A DNA stretch of 64,000 nucleotides, from contig NIVC01002558.1 of assembly GCA_002269645.1 (NCBI GenBank), positions 62,001 through 126,000 of the forward strand, given 5' to 3'. A model generated the notes under the pieces. It ran no database searches and was not told the origin of the DNA. It worked only from the letters and a program-made list of their open reading frames with translations. The translations under genes and the position numbers were made by a program. Origin of the DNA: Macrostomum lignano. Its lineage: Eukaryota. Shown piece after piece: positions 22,701 through 35,957 of the stretch (positions are counted from its first letter, which is position 1; the number at the start of each line of letters is the position of its first letter).

Positions 22701-24518
22701 CAGTCAGTCAGTCAGCCAGTCAGTCAGTCAGTCAGTCAGTCAGCCAGTCAGTCAGTCAGTCAATCAGTCAGTCAGCCAGTCAGTCAGTCAGTCAGTCAGC
22801 GAGCCAGTCAGTCAGTCAGTCAATCAGTCAGTCAGTCAGTCAGTCAGCCAGTCAGCCAGTCAGTCAGTCAGTCTGACAACCAGTCAGTCAGTCAGTCAGT
22901 CAGTCAGTCAGTCAGTCAGTCAGTCAGTCAGTCAGTCAGTCAGTCAGTCAGTCCGTCAGCCAGTCAGTGTCAGGCAGTCAGTCAGTCAGGCAGTCAGTCA
23001 ATCAGTCAGTCAGTCAGTCAGTCAGCCAGTCAGCCAGTCAGTCAGTCAGTCTGACAACCAGTCAGTCAGTCAGTCAGTCAGTCAGTCAGTCAGTCAGTCT
23101 GACAACCAGTCAGTCAGTCAGTCAGTCAGTCAGGCAGTCAGTCAGTCAGTCAGTCAGTCAGTCAGTCAGTCAGTCAGTCAGTCAGTCAGTCAGTCAGTCA
23201 GTCAGTCAGTCAGTCAGTCAGTCAGCCAGTCAGTCAGTCAGTCAGTCAGCCAGTCAGTCAGTCAGTCAGTCAGCCAGTCAGTCAGTCAGTCAATCAGTCA
23301 GTCAGCCAGTCAGTCAGTCAGTCAGTCAGTCAGTCAGCGAGCCAGTCAGTCAGTCAGTCAATCAGTCAGTCAGTCAGTCAGTCAGCCAGTCAGTCAGTCA
23401 GTCTGACAACCAGTCAGTCAGTCAGTCAGTCAGTCAGTCAGTCAGTCAGTCAGTCAGTCAGTCAGTCAGTCAGTCAGTCAGTCAGTCAGTCAGTCAGCCA
23501 GTCAGCCAGTCAGTCAGTCAGTCAGTCAGTCAGCCAGTCAGTCAGTCAGTCAGTCAGTCAGTCAGTCAGTCAATCAGTCAGTCAGCCAGTCAGTCAGTCA
23601 GTCAGCCAGTCAGCCAGTCAGTCAGTCAGTCTGACAACCAGTCAGTCAGTCAGTCAGTCAGTCAGTCAGTCAGTCAGTCAGTCAGTCCGTCAGCCAGTCA
23701 GTGTCAGGCAGTCAGTCAGTCAGGCAGTCAGTCAGTCAGTCAGTTAGTCAGTCAGTCAGTCAGTCAGTCAGTCAGTCAGTCAGTCAGTCAATCAGTCAGT
23801 CAGTCAGCCAGTCAGCCAGTCAGCCAGTCAGTCAGTCAGTCAGTCAGCCAGTCAGTCAGTCAGTCAGTCAGCCAGTCAGTCAGTCAGTCAATCAGTCAGT
23901 CAGCCAGTCAGTCAGTCAGTCAGTCAGTCAGCCAGTCAGTCAGTCAGTCAGTCAGTCAGCCAGTCAGTCAGTCAGTCAGCCAGTCAGTCAGTCAGTCAGT
24001 CAGCGAGCCAGTCAGTCAGTCAGTCAATCAGTCAGTCAGTCAGTCAGTCAGCCAGTCAGCCAGTCAGTCAGTCAGTCTGACAACCAGTCAGTCAGTCAGT
24101 CAGTCAGTCAGTCAGTCAGTCAGTCAGTCAGTCAGTCAGTCAGTCCGTCAGCCAGTCAGTGTCAGGCAGTCAGTCAGTCAGGCAGTCAGTCAATCAGTCA
24201 GTCAGTCAGTCAGTCAGCCAGTCAGCCAGTCAGTCAGTCAGTCTGACAACCAGTCAGTCAGTCAGTCAGTCAGTCAGTCAGTCAGTCAGTCAGTCTGACA
24301 ACCAGTCAGTCAGTCAGTCAGTCAGTCAGGCAGTCAGTCAGTCAGTCAGTCAGTCAGTCAGTCAGTCAGTCAGTCAGTCAGTCAGTCAGTCAGTCAGTCA
24401 GTCAGTCAGTCAGTCAGTCAGTCAGTCAGCCAGTCAGTCAGTCAGTCAGTCAGTCAGTCAGTCAGTCAGTCAGTCAGTCAGCCAGTCAGTCAGTCAGTCA
24501 GTCAATCAGTCAGTCAGC

Positions 24519-24549
<31 letters not shown>

Positions 24550-25262
24550 CGAGCCAGTCAGTCAGTCAGTCAATCAGTCAGTCAGTCAGTCAGTCAGCCA
24601 GTCAGCCAGTCAGTCAGTCAGTCTGACAACCAGTCAGTCAGTCAGTCAGTTAGTCAGTCAGTCAGTCAGTCAGTCAGTCAGTCAGCCAGTCAGTCAGTCA
24701 GTCAGTCAGTCAGTCAGTCAGTCAGTCAGTCAGTCAGTCAGTCAGTCAGCCAGTCAGTCAGTCAGTCAGCCAGTCAGCCAGTCAGTCAGTCAGTCTGACA
24801 ACCAGTCAGTCAGTCAGGCAGGCAGGCAGTCAGTCAGTCAGTCAGTCAGTCAGTCAGTCAGTCAGTCAGTCAGTCAGTCAGTCAGTCAGTCAGTCAGTCA
24901 GTCAGTCAGTCAGTCAGTCAGTCAGCCAGTCAGCCAGTCAGTCAGTCAGTCAGCCAGTCAGTCAGTCAGTCAGTCAGTCAGTCAATCAGTCAGTCAGCCA
25001 GTCAGTCAGTCAGTCAGTCAGCCAGTCAGTCAGTCAGTCAATCAGTCAGTCAGCCAGTCAGTCAGTCAGCCAGTCAGTCAGTCAGTCAGTCAGTCAGTCA
25101 GCCAGTCAGTCAGTCAGTCAATCAGTCAGTCAGCCAGTCAGTCAGTCAGTCAGGCAGTCAGTCAGTCAGTCAGTCAGGCAGTCAGTCAGTCAGTCAGTCA
25201 GGCAGTCAGTCAGTCAGTCAGTCAGTCAGTCAGTCAGGCAGTCAGTCAGTCAGGCAATCAGT
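19737..25262. repeat. 5.5-kb (CAGT)n satellite with variant landmarks and higher-order duplication
   Basis: CAGT core with recurrent CTGACAAC, CAGCGAGC, CAAT and CCGTCAGCCAGTCAGTGTCAGG interruptions. Confidence 0.98.
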
Positions 25263-25343
25263 CGTCACCCTCAGTTCTCAAGCCCATTAATTGGTATTTG
25301 AACCGAAACTCTGCTGCCAATAGTTGCGACTAAAGCGGTCTCC

Positions 25344-27184
25344 ATGGCAACCCAAGCGAACGCCTATCTGAACTACCCGCTGCCGCCTGGCTGGCAGTCC
25401 AAGCTGGACGCATCCAGCGGTCGTTACTTTTTTGTCGACCACAACAACAAGAGGACGTCCTGGGTTGACCCCAGGCCGGCCTACTATGCTGCGCAGGCAT
25501 CCGCAATGCATTACGGTCAGCAGTCTGCTGCTTCTGCGGCTGCGGCCGCATCATCTGCCGCAGCTGCCCCTAAGCCCGCTGCTAAACGAGCTGTCGCTAG
25601 CAGCAGCAGCAGCAGCAGCAGTATTAACGATGCAGCAGACTTCTCATCCGATGACGAGACAGCTAATGCGGCATTGGCTGCTCAGGCTCGCCGAGTTCAG
25701 GCCAGCTTTCCAATGGTTGAGCTGAGTCTTGTCCGCGAGCTGCTGCAGGAGCACGGCAGCGAGGAGTCCGTGCGACAGATGCTCAGGTTGGTGCTCGAGC
25801 TACGGCAGACATGAGGGCCAAACCCCAAGGCTTGACGATTAGATAGTCAGGGCCGCTTGTACACCCTGTGTGAGCGTGTCTGTAGCTATTACTGTATATT
25901 AACTCCCAGATCCCACCTAATCCATTCGCCGCACTCAGGGAAGTGGTGAGCGACAATCAGCAGCCAGCCTCATCGCGCCAGGGTCGGGCCTCATCGTCCG
26001 CTGGCGCCACCGCCGCTCCCGCCCTGCCGTCAGCGGAGGAGACCCGCCGATCCAATATTGACACCCTGTGCAGCGATTTCCCCACTCTGGATAGGAAAAC
26101 TGTTGAACAGGAGCTCGCGGCTGCCGGAGATCGCATGTACGATACTAGAATGCGCCTGCGGCACTTGACTGATCAGCAAAGACAGCAGGCCGCTGCCGCA
26201 GCCGCTGCCGCCGCCGCCACTCTCGCCCTGCCGTCAGCGGAGGAGACCCGCCGATCCAATATTGACACCCTGTGCAGCGATTTCCCCACTCTGGATAGGA
26301 AAACTGTTGAACAGGAGCTCGCGGCTGCCGGGGATCGCATGTACGATAATAGAACGCGCCTGCGGCACCTGGCTGATCAGCAAAGACAGCAGGCCGCTGC
26401 CGCAGCCGCTGCCGCCCAGCCTTCGACAAGCGGGCATCCGAAGCCGAAAGCCAAGCCAAAAGTCGCTGAGACGTCCGCCGCTACTCACCAATCCAAGCTG
26501 GACTCGCTGTCTACCGACTTTCCTACTCTGGAGAGAGGCGCAATCGAACGTGAGCTGACAGCCGCAGGCGATCGGCTGTACGACACCCGGACTAAACTGC
26601 GACAGCTGGCCGACCAGCAGAGAGAGGCCGCTTCGGCCGCACTCGCCGACGCTCATTCTGCCGCTGCTCACCCGAAACCGGCAGCTAAAAAGAAGCAACA
26701 GTCAGCAAAGCAGCAGAAGCAGCAGCCGAAGCCGAAGCACTCCAGCCGTACCTTGTCTCCGTCTGCTGGCACGTCGCTTGGCGCCCAACTGCGACCGTCG
26801 CCACCCGAAGCTGACTCAGTGCAGCCGTCGCTGCAGCAGCATGGGAGACGGCAGCCAGTTAAAACAAAATTCAAAGCCAATAATAATAAAAAGAAGTCGG
26901 CTGCCAAGAAGCCCGCCGCCCGCCCAGCCGTCGCCTCTACGCAATGGACCGGGCCAAGCGGCGGTCTGGCCAGCGGCCCGAACCCGGCACTTCTCATTGG
27001 CAGCGGTGCTGGCCGTGAGGATCTGCGCTGCAGCGGACCGGAGCCCGGCCTGGCCAGCGGCCCGAATCGCCAGCTGTTGTCGGGAAGCAGCGGCCTTGCC
27101 TGCGGGCCGCAGTTTGGCCTGGCCGTTGGCTCAGCTGGGGCGGCTTCAACTCGTGTAGGCCGATCAGTGGTCACGGCTATGTAG
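25344..27184 (+). CDS. Uncharacterised protein: WW domain, four CUE-like (ubiquitin-binding-type) domains, C-terminal GPxxxLxxG repeats; exons 25344-25786, 25939-27184
   Basis: WW motif [36 protein letters not shown]-like [17 protein letters not shown] and 3x (I/L)DxLxxDFPTL(D/E)R..EL.AAGDR.YD. Junction CTCAG|GTTGGT..CTCAG|G is in frame. Confidence 0.85.
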
Positions 27185-28158
27185 ACTGGCTGCTCTTTGA
27201 CTTCACGGATGTACTTTAACTATTAATTGCTCCAATTAGCAAGCCAATAATTATAATTTCATTTGTGCCCTAAAGTTTAATTGGATGGTTGATCTTAGCG
27301 GTCAACAACTCTTGACTCCTGTGCTCATGATCTCCCCAAGACAGAGAGTGTACGTGCCTGACGATTAGAAAGTCAAGGCCGCTGTGAGCATCCGCGCGCT
27401 TGGATGTGCTCAGGAATCAGTGGAATGAGCACAATTGCGGACGATGTCACCGAAGGTACAAAACTGCTTTTAACCTGGTGTTAAGTTACTTTCAATGAAG
27501 TACTATCAATACTACTTAATTTAGTAGAACTAGTAGTATCTAATGTCCCAATTAAAACTTGAAGATTTGAAAACCTATGTTTTTTATAAGAAACAGTTTT
27601 AACTTATTTAAACTGCAGTAATGTTTTTTATATTTTTAATTAATATTTTCGCACTGCTATATGAGTATCTGATTCGCCTCCTGCGTGTCTTCCTACTGAT
27701 TGAATATTGAAATAAAATCTTTGGTGCAAGCATCGCTGCCTAACATTGGCACATCAAATTACTTCCTATATATGCATTATATTATATAACTTTGTTTTAT
27801 TTGAGTTTCAAACTTTTCAGTCATTTTGTTTATGGTATATACTACTACTACTACTATTAGTAAGTAGGCAAGACAAGGGTTGCAAGGATTTTGTTGAATC
27901 ATTGCTAAAAGAATAGTAACATTTATTGCTGTCACGCCCGCTCTTTGTATTCATTATGATTATGATTATGATTTAGTAATTAGTAGAAAAATATCGTCAT
28001 AATAGAGTGAATGCTACATGAAAGATTGAACCAGCGGCACCATATGGTTTATGTACAGAATGCAATTCTCTGTATCGATGCGGGATTATTGCAACACGGA
28101 TTAGCACGCTGATTAACAGAGGCTAAGCTACAGGGATATATTAGAAACCAGATCGACT

Positions 28159-30234
28159 CTAGAGATCTCGGCCGTGCTCAGACATGGCGTGCAGTCGCAG
28201 CTCCTTGGCGTTGGCGCAGGGCCTGTTGCACTGGTCGCAGCGCGGCAGCAGCTGGCAGTGGACGCTGCGAATGTGCAGCCGAAGATTGCACAGCCTATTG
28301 AAGCCTTTGTCGCATGCCGGGCACTGGTGACTCTTAGCTTGCAGGTGGATGGCCTGGTGCCGCTTTAAGTTGGCCGCCTGGCGGAAGGCGCGCCCGCAGG
28401 TTGGGCAGGCGTGCGGCTTCTCACCGCTGTGGATCAGCTGGGGGAAATTGTGGCGGGCGGGAGTGGGCTGAGATTAGAGATGAGTAAGATTGGAACTGGG
28501 TGAGACAAGAGCCAGGTGAGATTAGAGATGGGTGAGGCAAGAGCTGGGTGAGATTAGAAATGTGTGACATCGGAGCTGAGTGAGACGAGAGCTAGCTGGG
28601 TGAGATTAGAGATGTGTGACATCGGAGCTGAGTGAGACGAGAGCTAGCTGGGTGAGATTAGAGATGGGTGAGATCTGAGACGGCTGAGCTTGTAGCTGGG
28701 TGAGATTTGAGCTGAGTGAGACAAGAACTGGTTGAGATTAGAGACGAGTGAGATTCGAGCTGGGTGAGATCTGAGACGGCTGAGATTGGAGCTGAGTGAG
28801 ACAAGAGCTGGGTGAGATTGAAGCTGGGTGAGATAAGAGCTGTGTGAGATTGGAGACAGGTGAGATAAGATATTGTAACATTGGAGCTGAGTGACATTGA
28901 AGCTGGGTGAGATTAGAAATGAGTGAGATCTGAGACGGCTGAGCTTGTAGCTGGGTGAGATTAGAGATGAGTGAGACAAGAGCTGGGTAAGATTAGAGAC
29001 GGGTGAGATTGGAGCTGGGTGAGAGTTAAGACGGCTGAGATTGGAGCTGAGTGAAACAAGAATTGGGAGATATTAAAGATCTACATTAGAGGCCTGTAAT
29101 TGAGATTGTAGATATGTTAGATTGTAGCTGGGTGAGACGTTCATATTTAATAGGCGAGACTAGAGATAAGAGTTTGAACGTATGGGAGACAGAGATATGC
29201 GAGATTAGATATAGGCAAGGGCAACCAGATATAGGTGAGGTCTGAGGTAACCGGGAACAAAGATAAGATTAGAGGGTTGAGTGAGTGAGACTAGAGGATT
29301 AGACAACACGAACGATATTGAATCCCGGAAGACGGCTAGGAAACTGTTCACAACTCACCCTATGCGTTGCCAGGGTGTTGCTACGCGAGAACGCCATACC
29401 GCAGGCCGAGCAGACGTACTTCCGGGCAGTTCGCTGCTGCCGGCCAGCAGCGCGCCCGCCGCCGCAGCTGCCTTCCTCCCAGGAGGCAGTGGCGGCGGGA
29501 AGTCGACAGCCTCGGGAGCCGGCCATCACCTGGGCGACGGACCGCACAACCTGCTGGCGGTCTTTGCCGCTGCCGCTTCCTGCTGCTGCTGTTGAAGCTG
29601 CCGACTGCAGCTCCGGCTGCTTCAACGGTTGCTGCTGTCGCGGCGTTGCGGGCGACGACAGAATGGCTTCGACAGAGAACTTCAGTTTGGGAGCCGGTGC
29701 TGGAGGCGGCGGTGGCGGCGGCGGAGGTGGCGGAGGCGGTGACTGCTGCTGATTCGGCCGCTGCTGCTGCCACGGCCAGAAAGGGAAGCTGGCCAGATCC
29801 AGCAGCTGTTGCTGAGGCAACGGCTGCCGAGGTAACAGGCTGCTCGCGTAGGCGTATTGAAGCTGCAATGGGTGGGCAAGAGATGATGAAGATTAACATT
29901 TTACCAGCTTCCATAAAAAACCATCGCTGCTTTGGTGATAAAAAAGTTAAAGCCAGGCTTGCTCATTTGATGCTTACAGGTATGCAAAACAATTAAATAA
30001 TGTTTCACCACTTACCGAATAATGCATAATCAGTGTAGGAATCTTCGCGCTAAGTTTGTGTGGTGTTAATAATGTGTTCCTCCTTTGGTTTGGTTCGATA
30101 GCGAAGGTGTTAAGAGGCTGAAGAGCTTTACTGGAGGATGGGACCGCAGGCCTTGTGAGGGGGGCCTTTCTATTGAGGTTGGGGGCTCGGAGCGGAGGGG
30201 TTGAGGGCGACCTCCCCCCACCGCAGACCCCCAT
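28159..30234 (-). CDS. C2H2 zinc-finger transcription factor with eh1 motif (Fez/Gfi-like); exons 30234-30016, 29862-29359, 28437-28159
   Basis: eh1 motif LKFSVEAIL. Fingers YVCSACGMAFSRSNTLATHR|LIH, linker SGEKP, HACPTCGRAFRQAANLKRHQAIH, HQCPACDKGFNRLCNLRLHIRSVH and a degenerate fourth finger. All junctions are phase 0 GT-AG. The last exon is absent from the ORF track. First-exon length is uncertain (alternative ATG at 30027). Confidence 0.85.
28465..29290. repeat. Degenerate GAGCTGGGTGAGATT repeat filling the zinc-finger intron
   Basis: Recurrent CTGGGTGAGATT/GTGAGAC cores. Confidence 0.8.
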
Positions 30235-30249
30235 CTCCTCCTCCCTTTC

Positions 30250-30298
30250 ACTTTCTGAGCAGCAGCTAACAGGGGTCTTCTCATCCCTTCTTTATAAA
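30250..30298 (-). promoter_or_regulatory. Possible TATA box and Inr for the zinc-finger gene
   Basis: Minus-strand TTTATAAAG at ~30289-30298 with TCAGAAAG about 30 bp downstream, then ATG at 30234. Confidence 0.3.
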
Positions 30299-30564
30299 CC
30301 GATGATGCAATCGAGTTTAGTCGGAGCCAATCCCGAGTATTGCTGAGCTCTACGAGAAATTAGCCTTTGACCTGCCCCTCTCTTGCAGCTCTGCCAGTTT
30401 AGTATTTGATCTCACGAGTTGGTGCGAAGTGAATCTGTTGAAGTGGTCGCGGGTTCGGTCTTTACAGGTGCTTGATTATGCTGAGTGACTGGGCCGGTTG
30501 TTTGTTACTGCCAGTTGGGGGACCACATGGCTGGCCCTTGGATTCTTGGCGCCCTGGAGAAAAT

Positions 30565-31190
30565 GAATTGGAGGTTGAGAAGGTAGAGAGGGTAGAGAAG
30601 GTAAAGAGGGTTGAGAGGGTAGAGAAGGTAGAGAGGGTAGAGAGGGTAGAGAAGGTAGAGTGAGTAGAGAGGGTAGAGAAGGTAGAGAGGGTAGAGAGGG
30701 TAGAAAAGGTAGAGAAGGTAGAGAGGGTGGAGAGGGTAGAGAAGGTAGAGAGGGTAGAGAAGGTAGAGAAGGTAGAGAGGGTGGAGAGGGTAGAGAAGGT
30801 AGAGAGGGTAGAGAAGGTAGAGAGGGTAGAGAAGGTAGAGAAGGTAGAGAGGGTGGAGAGGGTAGAGAAGGTAGAGAGGGTAGAGAAGGTAGAGAAGGTA
30901 GAGTGGGTGGAGAGGGTAGAGAAGGTGGAGTGGATGGAGAGGGTAGAGAGGGTAGAGAAGGTAGAGAGGGTAGAGAAGGTAGAGAAGATAGAGTGGGTGG
31001 AGAGGGTAGAGAAGGTAGAGTGAGTAGAGAGGGTAGAGAAGGTAGAGAAGGTAGAGAAGGTAGAGAAGGTAGAGAAGGTAGAGAGGGTGGAGAGGATAGA
31101 GAAGGTAGAGAGGGTAGAGAAGGTAGAGAGTGTAGAGAAGGTAGAGATGGTAGAGAAGGTAGAGTGGGTGGAGAGGGTAGAGAGGGGGGG
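30565..31190. repeat. 9-bp purine repeat (GAGA[A/G]GGTA)
   Basis: Visible; explains ORFs 30505-31304. Confidence 0.95.
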
Positions 31191-31892
31191 CAGATAGTCT
31201 TACATTCTTGCGACCACTTTTACCTTTGTTGGCGCCAATTTCAGCCACTTATTGCGTCAAAATTCCAAATTGACGGTCTTTTCTCTTTGATTTCCTCCCG
31301 TTAAGCCTTCATTGCAAAGCCCCCCCCCCCGCCATCGGCACTCAGCACCGACCCCGAGGGCCCAGGTTGTCCAACAGCCACCTGCACGGTACGTAACGCA
31401 CGATTGCACGCAGGCTCCATTAAAGCCCAGTTTTCAACCCCACTGGTGTACAAAACTGCTATTATCCTCTGAAGTTAAAAAAAGACTCGTGTAAAAGACC
31501 ACGTCAGCAGAAATATTGCGCAAGAACATTTCTATAAGCCGTCATTGAATTTCTCGACAAATCCTCGCGGCCGCAGTGCCTCTGGGAAGCCGGCCAAGCA
31601 TGGCGCGTCCAGACTCCCTCTCAGCTCGGGGCAGACTCAGTCCTGATTGCGTCACATGCGATATGCCTGCTTTTGTATAATGCTTCTTTTAATCTTTTGC
31701 ACAAGGCTAATTATTAGAAACTGCAATTCTCGACTTCCCATTGATCACAATACGCATATTGAAGTATTGTCAGCACTAATATTCTCAGCACAATTAGATG
31801 GTGTTCTTCACGAATTAAAGCTACTTAAAGTTTATCCTTTCATGGCTGGGCATTGAATTTGAACAGTATCGACTGAGCTTGGACGACTGAGA

Positions 31893-32364
<472 letters not shown>

Positions 32365-34094
32365 TTAAGAAGCCCACGATCACCATTCACCGGACAATGC
32401 AGGCCGGTGCCGGACACACGCGTGACCCACACGGGCAGTTGGCGGATAAATCTCTGGAGAGCTCCCGAGTTGCCCAGCGTCATCAAATTTCTCGCCTATA
32501 GCTACTCAACAAGGCAGCTGTGACCGCTCGCGTGCAAAGATTTTCTAAGAAATCTCACAAAGTGGTGGTTGGGTGGGCGCTCAATCCCCCTTGGGGAATA
32601 AGAGGGCTTTGAGTACACAGACTGAGCACACGAGGTCAGAGGATCTATGAGAAAGTGTGTGAGCACCGGCTTAACTCGATTTGCCCGTTGAACAATCACT
32701 CAACCCGGCTTGAATTGGCTACTCAACACTCATTATTATCCTGTAATAAAATCCCTAACTACCTTGCTAAACTGGCACCTTGACAACGACCGAGTCAACA
32801 AATAAAACTCGACCGGCTCCCCGCCTTCTCCATACCACCCCCCACTGAGAAGGGCTTTTTTGAATGGTAACTAACTATACGCTCTCTCTGCCTTGTGACC
32901 CCACAGTTGCGCCACAGATTGGGAGCTAATTGCACCGGAGGGCAGCGGTAGCGCACAGGCACACAAACACACACAACACGCATTCTCTCTGCCTGGTTGA
33001 CTCAGCGGTCGCCACAGCAACAGCGAGAGAAAATTCGCGCACCTTGGGGAATGGGAGTATTATTATTAAACGGACTGGCTTCTCAGCCGGATTGCGTCGA
33101 TTTCTCAGCCGCCGCAATAGCCGCAGGCGCTGGAGTTGAGTTCTGTTTTCAAGACAAAATAGGCGAAGAGAGAATGCGTTGAAACTACACCTCGGATACC
33201 TGCCCCAGGACCTCGCGCAGCTTGAGATCAATTTGAGATATTTAGTCGTCTCGCCTGATCCTGAGGCTACTTTTATCGGATCGCAGCTCGTTGCTATGCC
33301 CCGCCGCTTTGTTTATCAGTGTTTGACATCTGTTGATTCGAGAGTGAGCAGATATCTGTTGTGAGAATCTGGACCCGACGCTAACACACCTTGTAGGTTA
33401 ACAGCTGGGAGACACTGAACAGGCTTAAGGTCTTGCGGAAAGAAGATCTAGGTCAATAGATATTATTATTATGATAGCTAGCAAAAACAACAACTACTAT
33501 TTTACAAAACTGTCTCATACTTTCATATAGCAAACAAAGTCTTGTACTTCACTTCTCCATCGCATTGTACATCAGTTCATGCGATTCAATGCCCGGAATT
33601 GTCTGTCCATCTGCCTGATCTACGAGTATAGTGCACTGTTTAACCTTCAATACTAATATCTTTTATCAATAATTCTTTGGGCAAGAGTTCATCTTTCAAG
33701 AAGTGGGTCAATCAAAACGAAGTGCAATTCAAAGTTTGCGCACCGTGCATCCGCTGGAGTGTGTGCTATTTTTAATACTCGCTTGTTTCAAAATAGCTCC
33801 CAGCCTGTTGAAGACTACTGCAGAGAACCTGCATAAAAATTCTTGCTTGCGGGCAGCTGGATCAAGATGCAGATGGCAAATGCAGAATATGGCAGAGACA
33901 GACTAGGAATGAGTGCAAGTGGATTCTGGAGGGTGTGTCTTTAAAAGAGATCAAATGAGGCAGCATCGATGGAACAGCGGAGAAACCCAAGTGCTTCAGG
34001 GTCAGATAGAGGAGAATGGAAAAAAGGTAGACAGAAAAAGAGAGGGTACCTAGATACCTAGATACCGACAGACCATTTTTAGCAAATGGATGGG

Positions 34095-35325
34095 TGGAAG
34101 GCTGAGAGTCAAAGAGAAGAGAGAGAGGGAAGGCTGAGAGTCAGAGAGAAGAGAGAGAGGGAAGGCTGAGAGTCAGAGAGAAGAGAGAGAGGGAAGGCTG
34201 AGAGTCAAAGAGAAGAGAGAGAGGGAAGGCTGAGAGTCAGAGAGAAGAGAGAGAGGGAAGGCTGAGAGTCAAAGAGAAGAGAGAGAGGGAAGGCTGAGAG
34301 TCAAAGAGAAGAGAGAGAGGGAAGGCTGAGAGTCAGAGAGAAGAGAGAGAGGGAAGGCTGAGAGTCAGAGAGAAGAGAGAGAGGGAAGGCTGAGAGTCAA
34401 AGAGAAGAGAGAGAGGGAAGGCTGAGAGTCAGAGAGACGAGAGAGAGGGAAGGCTGAGAGTCAGAGAGACTAGAGAGAGGGAAGGCTGAGAGTCAGAGAG
34501 AAGAGAGAGAGGGAAGGCTGAGAGTCAGAGAGAAGAGAGAGAGGGAAGGCTGAGAGTCAAAGAGAAGAGAGAGAGGGAAGGCTGAGAGTCAGAGAGAAGA
34601 GAGAGAGGGAAGGCTGAGAGTCAAAGAGAAGAGAGAGAGGGAAGGCTGAGAGTCAGAGAGACGAGAGAGAGGGAAGGCTGAGAGTCAGAGAGACTAGAGA
34701 GAGGGAAGGCTGAGAGTCAGAGAGAAGAGAGAGAGGGAAGGCTGAGAGTCAAAGAGAAGAGAGAGAGGGAAGGCTGAGAGTCAGAGAGACGAGAGAGAGG
34801 GAAGGCTGAGAGTCAGAGAGAAGAGAGAGAGGGAAGGCTGAGAGTTAGAGACTAGAGAGAGGGAAGGCTGAGAGTTAGAGAGAAGAGAGAGAGGGAAGGC
34901 TGAGAGTCAGAGAGAAGAGAGAGAGGGAAGGCTGAGAGTCAGAGAGGAGAGAGAGGGAAGGCTGAGAGTCAGAGAGAAGAGAGAGAGGGAAGGCTGAGAG
35001 TCAGAGAGAAGAGAGAGAGGGAAGGCTGAGAGTCAGAGAGAGGAGAGAGAGAGGGAAGGCTGAGAGTCAGAGAGAGGAGAGAGAGAGGGAAGGCTGAGAG
35101 TCAGAGAGAGGAGAGAGAGGGAAGGCTGAGAGTCAGAGACTAGAGAGAGGGAAGGCTGAGAGTCAGAGAGAAGAGAGAGAGGGAAGGCTGAGAGTCAGAG
35201 AGAGGAGAGAGAGAGGGAAGGCTGAGAGTCAGAGAGAGGAGAGAGAGGGAAGGCTGAGAGTCAGAGAGAGGAGAAAGGGAAGGCTGAGAGTCATGAAGAG
35301 GAAGGCTGAGAGTCAGAGAGAGTGG
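34095..35325. repeat. 32-bp purine-rich minisatellite (GAGAGAGAGGGAAGGCTGAGAGTCAGAGAGAA)
   Basis: AGGCTGAG recurs every 32 bp. Confidence 0.95.
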
Positions 35326-35957
35326 CGAGGCCTGAGACACCTCAGTCTGAAGTGTATGTCTGCATTATTAACTGGCGACACCCCCAATTAAAGGATAATT
35401 ATTTAATTGTCCTTAACTATGATGAAGTTCTCAATTATAAAGCTAATCAAAGCACTGCTTGCTACCTGAAATTGTGTTGCACAATACAGAAATACGCACA
35501 GCGAGTTTAAATGGCAAATTATTGTATTGAAAATGTGAGAAATTCAATTTAGTCAATCAATGCTATTTCGGTCTGGAATTGAGTTGGTCAATCCGGACCG
35601 ACAAACAATTAATAACAATGGGCTGGGGGTCAGGCTTGCTCAAACAACGCCAGACAGAGCATCTGTGAATCTGCGAAAGTGATTGCGTAACCGGGGCATG
35701 CGGTGTAGGATTTCAGTGTGTTGTGAAGACCTGAAACTCTCTTGGGAGATGAAGACGCCAGCTTCCAGTAGAACGGAACGAATCAACGGATGAGTAGAGT
35801 CTGATTCGAGTTAGATTGAGTTAACAAGTATTCAAATTTATACATGAGATCAAATGCTTCCAGTTCCACCCAACGAATTTGAGACCAATTCTCAGTGCTT
35901 TTTGCTGTTAGTACAGTGTAACTATTGTAGAACTCAATGCGGCGGCAGTAGGAACTC

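Noticed and set aside
19623-24626. Long 'SQSV' ORFs of up to 645 aa
   Set aside because: (CAGT)n has no stop codon in any plus-strand frame, so the ORFs are a by-product; there is no splice or codon evidence.
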